Shown here: piece by piece, positions 30,098 through 39,869 of the stretch | Layout: each line of letters begins with the position of its first letter | How positions within the stretch are numbered: position 1 is the stretch's first letter | NCBI GenBank assembly: GCA_002685075.1 | Contig: NYWO01000159.1 | Location: 107 to 64,106 of the forward strand | Length of the DNA stretch: 64,000 nt | Direction of reading: 5' to 3' | Source: Arcobacter sp. | Lineage (GTDB): Bacteria; Campylobacterota; Campylobacteria; Campylobacterales; Arcobacteraceae | Made by a program: the position numbers and the translations under genes | The notes under the pieces: generated by a model | Database searches by the model: none | What the model was told of the DNA's origin: nothing | Seen by the model: only the letters and a program-made list of their open reading frames with translations

Positions 30098-30141
30098 TTC
30101 AATCCTTATGTGCTTATTATTTATTTAATTATTATATCTTT

Positions 30142-32097
30142 TTAAGAGTTAAAACTCTCAATTAACTCTTCAAGTTCTAAAAATCTTTCAACTTTTATTT
30201 CATAAAGAGCTTCTACTTCTTCAAGCTCTTTAGATACTGCAACTATACCTTTTGCTTCATAACATTTTGAATCCATAAGGCAATTGTTTATTTCTTCTAT
30301 TTTCTCTTCTAATTCTTCTATTTGAGCAGGTAGCATTTTATAATCTCTTTGCTCATTAAATGATAGTTTTACTTGTTTCTTTTTTGTTATTTCTTTACTT
30401 TTTTCATTTTCATCTTTTTTTATACTTTTTTCTAGAGAACTTAAATCTTTCAATTCTTTCTCAATTTCTAAGTATTCAGTATACGGTTGAAAACTCTCTT
30501 CAACTTCTCCATTTTTCCCTTTAAATACAAATAGTTTTTTTGCAATTTTATCAACAAAATATCTATCATGAGATACTAAAATAATTGCACCTTGAAAGTT
30601 TTCTAAGTACTCTTCTAAAATATTAATTGTAGGCAAATCTAAATCATTTGTAGGTTCATCTAGAACTAAACAATCTATATTTCTAGTAAATAAAAGTGCT
30701 AATGCAACTCTATTTTTCTCACCTCCACTTAATACTCCAATTTTCTTTTCTAAATACTCTTTGGGAAATAAAAAGTTTTTTAAATATCCATAAACATGCA
30801 TTGTTCTGCCATCATTTAATTCAACTAAATCTCCACCATTAGGACAGAATGTATGCATAATACTTTGATTATCATTTAGCATTTCTCTGTGTTGGTCAAA
30901 ATATCCTACTTTAAAATCACCTTTTTTAAATCGTCCGTGATCAATTTTGAGTTTTTCCATAAATATTTTAAGCATTGTAGATTTACCAGTTCCATTTGGT
31001 CCTACAATTGCAATAGTATCTTTTTGCAAAATTCTAGTAGTAAAATCTTTTATTAGAAGTTTATCTCCTAAGGTAATACTAATATCATCAAGTTCAAAGA
31101 GCATCTTTTTCTTATTTTGAGTTCTTGTTTCTTCACTGTTAAAAGATTTCTGTTCTCTTTGTAATTCAACACTCATTTTTCTAATTGCTGCTGGATTTGA
31201 TTTTACTTTCTGTTTTAAATCTAAGTATTCTGCTTTTCTTCTTACATTTCTTTTTCGTCTAGCAGTTACTCCTCTTTGCATCCAGTGAGCTTCTCTTTTA
31301 AATAATCTAATCATATTTTGATGATCTTTTTGCATATTTTCTAAAAGCTGCTGTTTTTGCTCTAAATAAGATGAATATCCACCTTGAAACTTACGTAATG
31401 TTCCATTTTCTACTTCTATTACGGAAGTGGCAATATTATCAATAAAATATCTATCATGTGAAATAAAAATAAGTGTGAAATTGTTTTTGATTAAAAGCTG
31501 TTCTAAAAACTCCACCATATATACATCAAGGTGGTTTGTAGGCTCATCTAAAAGTAAGACATCAGGTTTTTTTAATAAAAGTCCAGCAAGTGAAACTCTT
31601 CTTTGCTCACCTCCACTTAGAAGATTTACATCTTTAAACTCATACTCTTTTAGCTGGAACTCTTTTAAAACTCTTTCAATCATATTGTCTAAATCCCAAG
31701 CATTATGGAATTCTAAAAATGTTGCAAGTTCACTTTGTCTATTGATTAGTTCCGTATTTTCATAATCTTCTACAATTTTAAGGGATATTTCTTCATATTC
31801 AACTCTTGCATCTTTTAACTCTTGAAGTTGGTTTTCAATCGCATCTCGAACAAGTAAATTATCATCAAACTTTGGATGTTGAGCTAGCATTTCTATTTTA
31901 ATAGATTTATCAATTGCTTTTACACCATCATCTGGTTCTACTTCTTCTGTGATTATTTTTAGAAGAGTTGATTTTCCTTGGCCATTTTGTCCAATTACAG
32001 CAATTCTTTGCCCTTGGTTTAAGGTAAAGTTTGCATTTTTTAAAATAACTTTTGTGTCATATTGTTTTGAAATGTTTTGTAAGTCTATTAGTGCCAT
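30142..32097 (-). CDS. ABC-F family ATPase (Uup-like); integration target of island 2
   Basis: Two ABC domains (GQNGQGKS, GPNGTGKS, LSGGE, DEPTN), no TMs, C-terminal coiled coil. Confidence 0.92.
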   Translation of the reverse strand: MALIDLQNISKQYDTKVILKNANFTLNQGQRIAVIGQNGQGKSTLLKIITEEVEPDDGVKAIDKSIKIEMLAQHPKFDDNLLVRDAIENQLQELKDARVEYEEISLKIVEDYENTELINRQSELATFLEFHNAWDLDNMIERVLKEFQLKEYEFKDVNLLSGGEQRRVSLAGLLLKKPDVLLLDEPTNHLDVYMVEFLEQLLIKNNFTLIFISHDRYFIDNIATSVIEVENGTLRKFQGGYSSYLEQKQQLLENMQKDHQNMIRLFKREAHWMQRGVTARRKRNVRRKAEYLDLKQKVKSNPAAIRKMSVELQREQKSFNSEETRTQNKKKMLFELDDISITLGDKLLIKDFTTRILQKDTIAIVGPNGTGKSTMLKIFMEKLKIDHGRFKKGDFKVGYFDQHREMLNDNQSIMHTFCPNGGDLVELNDGRTMHVYGYLKNFLFPKEYLEKKIGVLSGGEKNRVALALLFTRNIDCLVLDEPTNDLDLPTINILEEYLENFQGAIILVSHDRYFVDKIAKKLFVFKGKNGEVEESFQPYTEYLEIEKELKDLSSLEKSIKKDENEKSKEITKKKQVKLSFNEQRDYKMLPAQIEELEEKIEEINNCLMDSKCYEAKGIVAVSKELEEVEALYEIKVERFLELEELIESFNS

Positions 32098-32390
32098 TAA
32101 AGTCCTATTTTATGGGGCTTTAACCCCACTTTGCTTAGATATGTAAAATACTTAGTGTTTTTTGAAATTTAGCATACTTTTTTAAAATATATCATAATAT
32201 GACATGTTTTTTTGTGTAGTGTCATAATTTACATATCTAAACATGTTTTGTATTTTTTAAGTTGATATATTATCTAAAAGTTGGTTATGTAAGGCTTTTA
32301 TTAATTTTATTTTATTAATGTGTCTATGGTTTTATTTCTTAGTAATTATAATTATAATATGATATTAAAATTATTTTTTGGAGAATTTAT

Positions 32391-33368
32391 ATGAAAGTTA
32401 AATCTTTGGTTATACATGAAATTATGAAAGAAGCTAAAACTACTGGTGCAGGTATTTTTTTATCAGATGAATTATTAGATGTTACAAATCCAAAGGTTTC
32501 AAAAATTGTTACTTCAATTGATAGTTCATTTATTAAAAAGTCAATAAAAAGGGCTAAATTCTCTGAAGATGGGTTCAAAAAAGAAGTTGAAGATTTTTCG
32601 GATTTTGATTTACTTGAAATTTCAAAAGAATTAACTAAACAATTAAAATTAAGTATACAAAATATATCAGGTGCTAAAGGTGGTTATTTAGTATTTACCG
32701 AATTTACTTATTCAAAAGATTTTTTAGGAGTATTTTTAGTTAGAAATACTGATGGGACAAAATTAATACAAAGTGGTTCGGGATGGGACATTAATTCTAC
32801 TGAATATTTAAATGTTGAACATTTTGCAATGGGAGCAAAAATAAATTTAAGTGTTTTAAATAGTACTTCAGATGATAGATATATTTCTTTAGTTAAAGGA
32901 AATACTGACATTGCAGGTTACTTTGAAAAATGGATTGGAATTGATGACAGTAAACAAGAAAATATAGATGCACAAGCACTTTATGATTTAACAAATAAGA
33001 TTACACTTCCAGATGATATTTCATCAAGAGATGAATTAAAGAAAAAAATATTTGATTATGCTAAAACTCAACCTTCAAATACAGTTAATTTAAATACATT
33101 GAGTGAATATATTTATAATGATTCTGATTATATTCAAAACTATTGTAATGACAATGATATAGACATTGATAGTGAATTTAAACTTAAAGGAGCAAATTTA
33201 AGTAAATTTTTCAAAGCATCAGTTAAAGCAGATGATATAGAAATAACAGCACCAAGAAGTATATTCAGCAGTGATAAAATAAGAATAGTTAATGGTAAAT
33301 TGATTATTAATTCAACTGAATTAATTAATCAAATTGAAAATCTGAAAAATATGAATGATGATGAATAA
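32391..33368 (+). CDS. Nucleoid-associated protein, YejK/NdpA (NA37) family
   Basis: LVIHEI.K, GGYLVF, GAKINLS and RYISLVKG...AGYF motifs. Confidence 0.82.
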   Translation: MKVKSLVIHEIMKEAKTTGAGIFLSDELLDVTNPKVSKIVTSIDSSFIKKSIKRAKFSEDGFKKEVEDFSDFDLLEISKELTKQLKLSIQNISGAKGGYLVFTEFTYSKDFLGVFLVRNTDGTKLIQSGSGWDINSTEYLNVEHFAMGAKINLSVLNSTSDDRYISLVKGNTDIAGYFEKWIGIDDSKQENIDAQALYDLTNKITLPDDISSRDELKKKIFDYAKTQPSNTVNLNTLSEYIYNDSDYIQNYCNDNDIDIDSEFKLKGANLSKFFKASVKADDIEITAPRSIFSSDKIRIVNGKLIINSTELINQIENLKNMNDDE

Positions 33369-34695
33369 CTTAAAAGAATTAATTAATCATTTAAACTCTT
33401 CAAATGATTCTTGTTCTGATGTATTAAAAATAAGAAGTTCTAATTTAAACAAAGAGTTATTAGATAGATTTAATATAAAATATGAAGAAGAAACAGAAGC
33501 AATCACTATTGATTTGTCAAGACAGGTATTTAAGATATTCAAAAAAAAGAAGGATGTCTTAAGTCAAAGAGAATCATTAAAAGAAGAAGACACTATTATA
33601 GTAATTGAAGATGAATTACTTTATGAAAATAAAAACTCTGATAATGCATTATTTGAAAACATTTTTTTTAGTAAAAAATTGAAAAATTTGTTTATTAAAC
33701 ATCAAGTTATATCTTATGATGATGAAGCATTTGAAATTTTAATTTTTTTATCAGAAAAGATGGGAAAATTAGAAGTTGGATATTCTGAAAAAGATTCAAC
33801 TTTTTTTTATAATGATAACAATCTAAAAAAAATATATGAATTATTAGCTAAAAAATTAACTGAAAACGAATACAATAGTTTTTTAAGGGATAATTTTATT
33901 AGAATTGCAAAAGATATTAAAAACTCTGATAGTAAATTATTTTATATTACTTTAATGAATTTAGATAGTATTTATAAAAATGCAAATAGAGAATTTGAAT
34001 TGTATAAAAATAAATTCTCATTTGAGAACTTTCTATCAGAGTTTCATGAAGAAAAAGAAAAATACATTAAGACATTACAAGAAAATCTTTCAGATTTTTT
34101 ATCAAAAATAAACTCATTACCTATTCAATTTGGTGTTTATATTTTGCTTGTTTTTAGATTTAAAGATGAAGTAATCCCTTTAGTTGCAACTATTATTTTA
34201 ATTGTTGCTTGGAGTGCTTTTAGTATTAATTCTTTAAATCTGATGAAAAAAAGTATTATTCATACAAAGAAAAAGTTTGAGAATATAATGGCTGAAATAA
34301 TTAAAAAATCAGGAGTTAGTCCAAAAGATTTAGAAGAAGATAAAATTGAAGTTCTTAAGAAAATTGAAAATATTAAAACAATGATTAGAAGATATAGATA
34401 TATGGTTATTATTTTCAGTATTGTTTTTATAGCATTCAGCTCTTATAATATTTATAAAGAATTAAATAAAGTAAAAAGTAGTCAAGAATCTAAAATAATA
34501 GAAAAAAGAAATGAGATTAATATTAAAAAGAGTGAAACTCAAATAAGTAATAAAAATGATAAAAAGAGTGAAAAAGAAGTAATAAAAGAGAGAAATCAAG
34601 TTACAGATATAAATTCTGATAAAGAAATAAAAAGAAATAATGTTCCTCTAAAAGAAACTGATAAAAAAGATAATATAAGTAAGTTTTTTGAATAA
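33355..34695 (+). CDS. Hypothetical membrane protein (soluble N-terminus, about 3 TMs, charged tail)
   Basis: Hydrophobic segments LPIQFGVYILLVF, IPLVATIILIVAWSAF and YMVIIFSIVFIAF; overlaps upstream gene. Confidence 0.75.
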   Translation: MMMNNLKELINHLNSSNDSCSDVLKIRSSNLNKELLDRFNIKYEEETEAITIDLSRQVFKIFKKKKDVLSQRESLKEEDTIIVIEDELLYENKNSDNALFENIFFSKKLKNLFIKHQVISYDDEAFEILIFLSEKMGKLEVGYSEKDSTFFYNDNNLKKIYELLAKKLTENEYNSFLRDNFIRIAKDIKNSDSKLFYITLMNLDSIYKNANREFELYKNKFSFENFLSEFHEEKEKYIKTLQENLSDFLSKINSLPIQFGVYILLVFRFKDEVIPLVATIILIVAWSAFSINSLNLMKKSIIHTKKKFENIMAEIIKKSGVSPKDLEEDKIEVLKKIENIKTMIRRYRYMVIIFSIVFIAFSSYNIYKELNKVKSSQESKIIEKRNEINIKKSETQISNKNDKKSEKEVIKERNQVTDINSDKEIKRNNVPLKETDKKDNISKFFE

Positions 34696-34715
34696 TTTTT
34701 AGAGAGAAGGAAAAT

Positions 34716-36810
34716 TTATACTCTCCTTCCTTTTTTAGGTTTTATATTAGATTTCTTTTTCCAATTAAAACTGCTATCAATACTATCAATATCAGTTAGT
34801 ATATTTTGATAATAATTTCCAATATAACCTTTAAGGTCTTCTAAATTTAAATCATAATCCCCTAATGTATCTAAAAGATTTTTTCCTATTATAGGTTCAA
34901 TTCTGTCAAGATACACTCCTGTTGTTGAACCTTCTGCATGTCCCATGATTCTTTTTAGATTTTGTTCTAAAGATTTTATAGTATTAGGATTTTTTTCTTT
35001 TGTATTATAATCCTCAGAGAAAACTTTTGATGCAAAGTTTTTTCTTAAAGACCTTAGTTGTAATTCTCTTTTTTCTTTTGGAAATAGATTCTTAATATGC
35101 CTTTGGAAGAAGACAGATATAGAACCATATCCTGATGATGAAAAGTCCCATAACCATTCTTTTTCTCGTTTAATCCTAAGATTAAGATAATTTAGAAAAC
35201 CTAATTCAATTAAGATTTTTGGAATAGGGATATTTCTATGAGCATTTTTATTTTTTAGACTTTGTGGTGCAACATCTTCATTTAGATAAATATAGTAAGC
35301 TTCTTCTCCATTTTTTATCTGTTTTTTTATATCACTCGTTCTGATATAAGTAAATTCTGCAATTCTTGTACCTAACATATATGCAAAGAAAAAACAGAAA
35401 AAATTTCTTGGAGAATCTGTAAGTATTCTTCTTAATTTATCTTCTGAATAAGCAACATCAATAAATGTTTGCAATTCATTAGTTGTAAAACCTCTTAGTT
35501 TTGAATCTTCTTGTTTATCTTTGTATTTTGCTTGTGAAGTTAAATATAATATATCAAAGGCATCAAATAGTGATGGGTTTAATCTATTATCAATATATTT
35601 ACAAACATATTTCCAAAAGTTTTGAATATCGTACTGCATCATTTCTAAGGTATTGTTTTTATATCTATTTAAATCATTTTTAACTCTATATTCTGCAAGC
35701 TGGAATAGATTCATATTTCTTGTTTTTTTTTGTTGATTTTGGTGTTGCATTAGAAAATAAGTTTGTAAAACGTTTTATATCATTTTCTGTTAAATCTTTA
35801 AGTTTTAAAGTAGGGTGCTCATTTGTTCCATTTCCATTTAAAAACTCTTTTAAAAAGTTTAGTGATAGTATTTGTCTTTTTTTTACTGTTTTTGATGAGT
35901 CTCTAAAGTCAATATATTTTTCTATTAATAAATCAATTTCTAAAGAGTTGTTATGTGAAGTGTTGTTGTTTTCTTGATTTAGTATAAAAATAATATCACT
36001 CATAAGTTGCTCTTGAGTTTTATTTTTTGAAGAAATACTATTTTCATTTTTTACTGCATTATCTCTGATGAATTTGAGATAATTTTTTTGAAGAGCTTTC
36101 TTTGATACGAGATTAATATATTGATAATAAGCTTCTTCAAGCTTTGCTATATCTTCTGTAATATGAATTGGGACTAATGGATAAAACAGTTCTATATTTC
36201 TTCTAATATATGTTTTTAAATCATTTTGAATGACATCTCTTTTTGATTTTACTGTCATTTCATAAAATTTTTGTAGATTATCTACTGAAACTTTAGATAG
36301 AACATCTTCAAAAGACATATCACTTTGTTTTATTACTTCAATTGCTTTGATTCTGATTTTATCTCTTAATTCGTATTTATTTAAGTTTTTACATAAGTAA
36401 TCAAGTTCTTTAAATTTTACAGTTAAAACTTGCAAGTATTGATTTTGATTTATTTTATCAACTTTTTCATTTTCTTTAGATGGGTTGTATTTAAAATCAG
36501 TAGGCAATAATCCTGATTTTTTTACATAGTTAGCAACGGTTTTATTTATAAATTGATTTATGTCTGGAACTGTTAATTCTATGTCAATTTGCTCTTTTAA
36601 AAATCTTGTTAGATTTTCATTGATATTATTTAGTAGTTTGATTAACTCAATTTTATTACATTCAATATAGTAGTAGAAATCTTCTTCCATACACAGTTTT
36701 AAACTACGTCTATAATTTAAGTTTGATGTCCTATTCTTGATATATTTATGATGAATCATTTTTCTAAAATAGTAAGTATTTTTGAAGTAGTAGCAGTATC
36801 TGAGAGTCAT
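34716..36810 (-). pseudogene. Tyrosine integrase split by a frameshift in an A9 tract (35723-35731)
   Basis: ORFs 36810-35686 and 35750-34716 fuse if one A is removed; LGTRIAE, LKNK, RSLRK and MGH...Y motifs. Confidence 0.8.
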
Positions 36811-36915
36811 TTTATATCTTTGATATATGCTCAGATATGTAAAACATCTATACAGTTATGCTTTGTTTTCTCAAAAAGCCCTTAAAATCGACACTTATAC
36901 CCGTTTTGCTAAGGT

Positions 36916-36944
36916 ATGTTTTGTAGGTCGATTAAGGCTATTAA
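36916..36944 (-). repeat. att-like duplicate of the ABC-F 5' end
   Basis: Encodes (I)ALIDLQN versus MALIDLQN. Confidence 0.78.
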
Positions 36945-37705
36945 TTCTCTCTTTATCCCTAGACATAGGGCTTAATAGTATAAATGTGTAGACATGTAAA
37001 ATAAAAATATAGGTGCTTTTGTATCGTACTTTTAAAAAAGTATCATACTGCATTTCTAAACATGCTTCTTGAATTTTTAAGCTTTGATTTTATCTAAATT
37101 TTCCTTATACAAGATTTTCTTTATTTTGACCGCAGAACCTTAGAACTGAAATTTCTAAATTCTTTTTGAAAAAGAGATAAAATGAAAATATGTTCCTCTA
37201 AGAGTATACGTAAATGGTTTTCTCCCAAAGTCAATAAAAAAGTAATGAAGATAAATAAAAAGTCAACCGCAGAAAAAACAATACATTACTTCTTAGTAGG
37301 ATTCTACAGCAATTAAAAAAATATATAGACATATGTTATTAAGATTGAGTAATACTAGCATTAGTGCTGGCATTAGAAAAAAAAGAAGTTACTTACTATG
37401 TACAGCACCAATTAGGGAATGTTTAATAATCTGTGTCAGCCTAGTAAAATTAAATAACATCCAGAAGTTTAGGGTTTCCAGATAATATATTTACCTCAAT
37501 ATTACCTTTTTTATGAATTACATTATATCTTTATCTTTACTATTGATTTTTATACTTTCATTTTTCTTTTCAAGTAAAACTTTAAATGGATTTCCTAATT
37601 CTTGTGAGTACTCTCCTGTAAGTTTTATCGTGTTTGAAGCAAAAATTATAGAGCTAAATACACAAATTAAACTAATAAATATCTTTTCAATTTATCTTCT
37701 TAAAA

Positions 37706-39865
37706 TTATTTATTATTATGTTTATAAATTTTTTTATAGTTATTATTACTCAAGTATTCTTCACATCTTGTTAAATATATTTTATATATTTTAGAAGGTT
37801 TTTCTTTGTTTAATTTTTCGAATATTTGTTTTGCATCTTCTAATTTCTCTTCTTTATATAATTTTATTGCTTTATTATAAATTTCTAACTCTTTTTTAAA
37901 ATTATTTGTATTGTTATTTGTGTTAATAACTTCCCATAATTCAATTGCTTCATCTTTGCCTTTTAACTTCACATAATCTACATATCTAAAAGTATAGGTA
38001 TCTTGTAATCTATCTTTTGTAAAGTTAGTGATAATTAATTGTAATCCATAGAATTTACATAAAGACTCAACTCTAGAACCTATATTAATTGTATCACCAA
38101 TAACTGTATAGTCACTTCTTCCTATACTTCCAATTTCACCAACTGTTGCAATTCCTGTTGTTATTCCAATTCCAATATCAATTAATGGCTGATTATTTTT
38201 TTTAAATGAGATATTTAATTTATTTAATTCTCTTAATTGTTCCAAAGCACTTTTAACAGCCTTATCTTCATGATTTTGAATATCAAAAGGTGCATTCCAA
38301 TATGCCATAATTGCATCGCCTATATATTTATCAACTGTACCTTTATTTTTTGTGATAATCTCACTCATTGGTGTCATATATTTATTAATATATTTTACTA
38401 GCAAATCAGGTTGTTTTATATCTTCTGAAATCTTTGTAAAGCCACGTATATCACTAAAAAATACTGTAATTTCTTTATTCTGTGCTTGAAGTTGATTATT
38501 ATTTACATCTTTTAATAATTGTTCCATAACATCTTTTGAAACTTTTGATGCAAATTTATTTTTAATTTCATCTTTCTTTTTAATTTCATAAAAATATTGA
38601 AGCATTATAGTAATAATAGCAGATAAAATTATAGTCATTAAAGGAAAGAATATATTTAATACCAAGCCATAGTTAAAAAGAGTATAATAAATCAAATATG
38701 ATGTAAAATATAATAAGCTAGGAATTAAAATAGGAATAAATACTAAATGTATTTTTTTTATTAAATATACTATACTAAATACTAATAAAAAAATGATAAA
38801 GATATTAGCTCCATCAACCCAAGATGGTTCATATAAAAAATCTTTAGCAATTATGTTATCAATTGCATTTGCATGTACTTCAACTCCTGGAAATATTGAT
38901 TCAAAAGGTGTAGCTCTTAAATCCATAAGTGCAGCAGCCGATGTTCCAATTAGTGCAATTTTATCTTTAATATCTTCTTTTTTAAAATCATTATTATAAA
39001 TATCAACTGCTGAAATATACTTAAATGTTTTTTCTTTTCCTCTAAAATTAATAATTAATCTGCCATATCTATCAGTAGGAATAATATAATCACTTAATTG
39101 AAGACTTTTTACTCCATTTTCATCATAGTTAATAGTAATTCTTTTAATACCTAAGGCAATTCTAAGAGTTTCAAGGGCGAGTGAGGGATATATTTCATCA
39201 TCATATGAGATTATCAAAGGAACACTTCTTACAATTCCAGATTCATCTGGAATATTATTAAAAAAACCACTTGAGTAAGAGTTATCTTGTATTACTGGAA
39301 TATTTAAAATTGTTCCTTTACCTTCAAGTAAGTAACTCTCGCCAAGTTTTTTATTTTTTTCTATAAAAATTGTTTGTATAGAAGGCGATTCTTTGTTTAT
39401 ATGTTTCTTTTCTTGAAACTCAAATTGATATCCTAATATAGTTGGAGTAGAAGCAACTGTTTGTGCAAATTCAAAATCATAATTAGGAACATTCTCTTTC
39501 TCTATATTAAGTTTTTCAAATACTTTATGAGGTGAAGTTCTATCTTCTTCTGCAAAAACAATATCAAGACCAATTATAGCAATATTACTATTTGTAAGAT
39601 TTCTTAATATTTTTGCTAAAATATCTCTAGACCAAGGCCATTGTCCTAAAGATTGTAAAGATTTTTCATCAATATCAATAATTACAACACTATTAGATTT
39701 CGGTGCTACTTCACCTCTAATATTAAACATATAGTTTTTTAATCTATTATCAATAGAAGATGGTAATTCGTATGCAAAGATATAGATTAGACTTATCAAT
39801 GAAGCTATAATAATTGATGATAGTATATATATAAAATCTTTTTTTAATTTATCTATGTTAAACAC
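37706..39865 (-). CDS. CHASE2-domain adenylate/guanylate cyclase
   Basis: GQWPWSR, 3 TMs, FFSDIRGFT, DKYIGDAIMA and GDTINIGSRVE motifs. Confidence 0.93.
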   Translation of the reverse strand: MFNIDKLKKDFIYILSSIIIASLISLIYIFAYELPSSIDNRLKNYMFNIRGEVAPKSNSVVIIDIDEKSLQSLGQWPWSRDILAKILRNLTNSNIAIIGLDIVFAEEDRTSPHKVFEKLNIEKENVPNYDFEFAQTVASTPTILGYQFEFQEKKHINKESPSIQTIFIEKNKKLGESYLLEGKGTILNIPVIQDNSYSSGFFNNIPDESGIVRSVPLIISYDDEIYPSLALETLRIALGIKRITINYDENGVKSLQLSDYIIPTDRYGRLIINFRGKEKTFKYISAVDIYNNDFKKEDIKDKIALIGTSAAALMDLRATPFESIFPGVEVHANAIDNIIAKDFLYEPSWVDGANIFIIFLLVFSIVYLIKKIHLVFIPILIPSLLYFTSYLIYYTLFNYGLVLNIFFPLMTIILSAIITIMLQYFYEIKKKDEIKNKFASKVSKDVMEQLLKDVNNNQLQAQNKEITVFFSDIRGFTKISEDIKQPDLLVKYINKYMTPMSEIITKNKGTVDKYIGDAIMAYWNAPFDIQNHEDKAVKSALEQLRELNKLNISFKKNNQPLIDIGIGITTGIATVGEIGSIGRSDYTVIGDTINIGSRVESLCKFYGLQLIITNFTKDRLQDTYTFRYVDYVKLKGKDEAIELWEVINTNNNTNNFKKELEIYNKAIKLYKEEKLEDAKQIFEKLNKEKPSKIYKIYLTRCEEYLSNNNYKKIYKHNNK

Positions 39866-39869
39866 TTAT

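Larger units (their letters stand above)
32072..36944. mobile_element. Integrative island 2, inserted in the 5' end of the ABC-F gene
   Basis: 24/29-nt direct repeat at 32072-32100 and 36916-36944; integrase next to right end; repeated AGAYATGTAAA sites. Confidence 0.8.
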
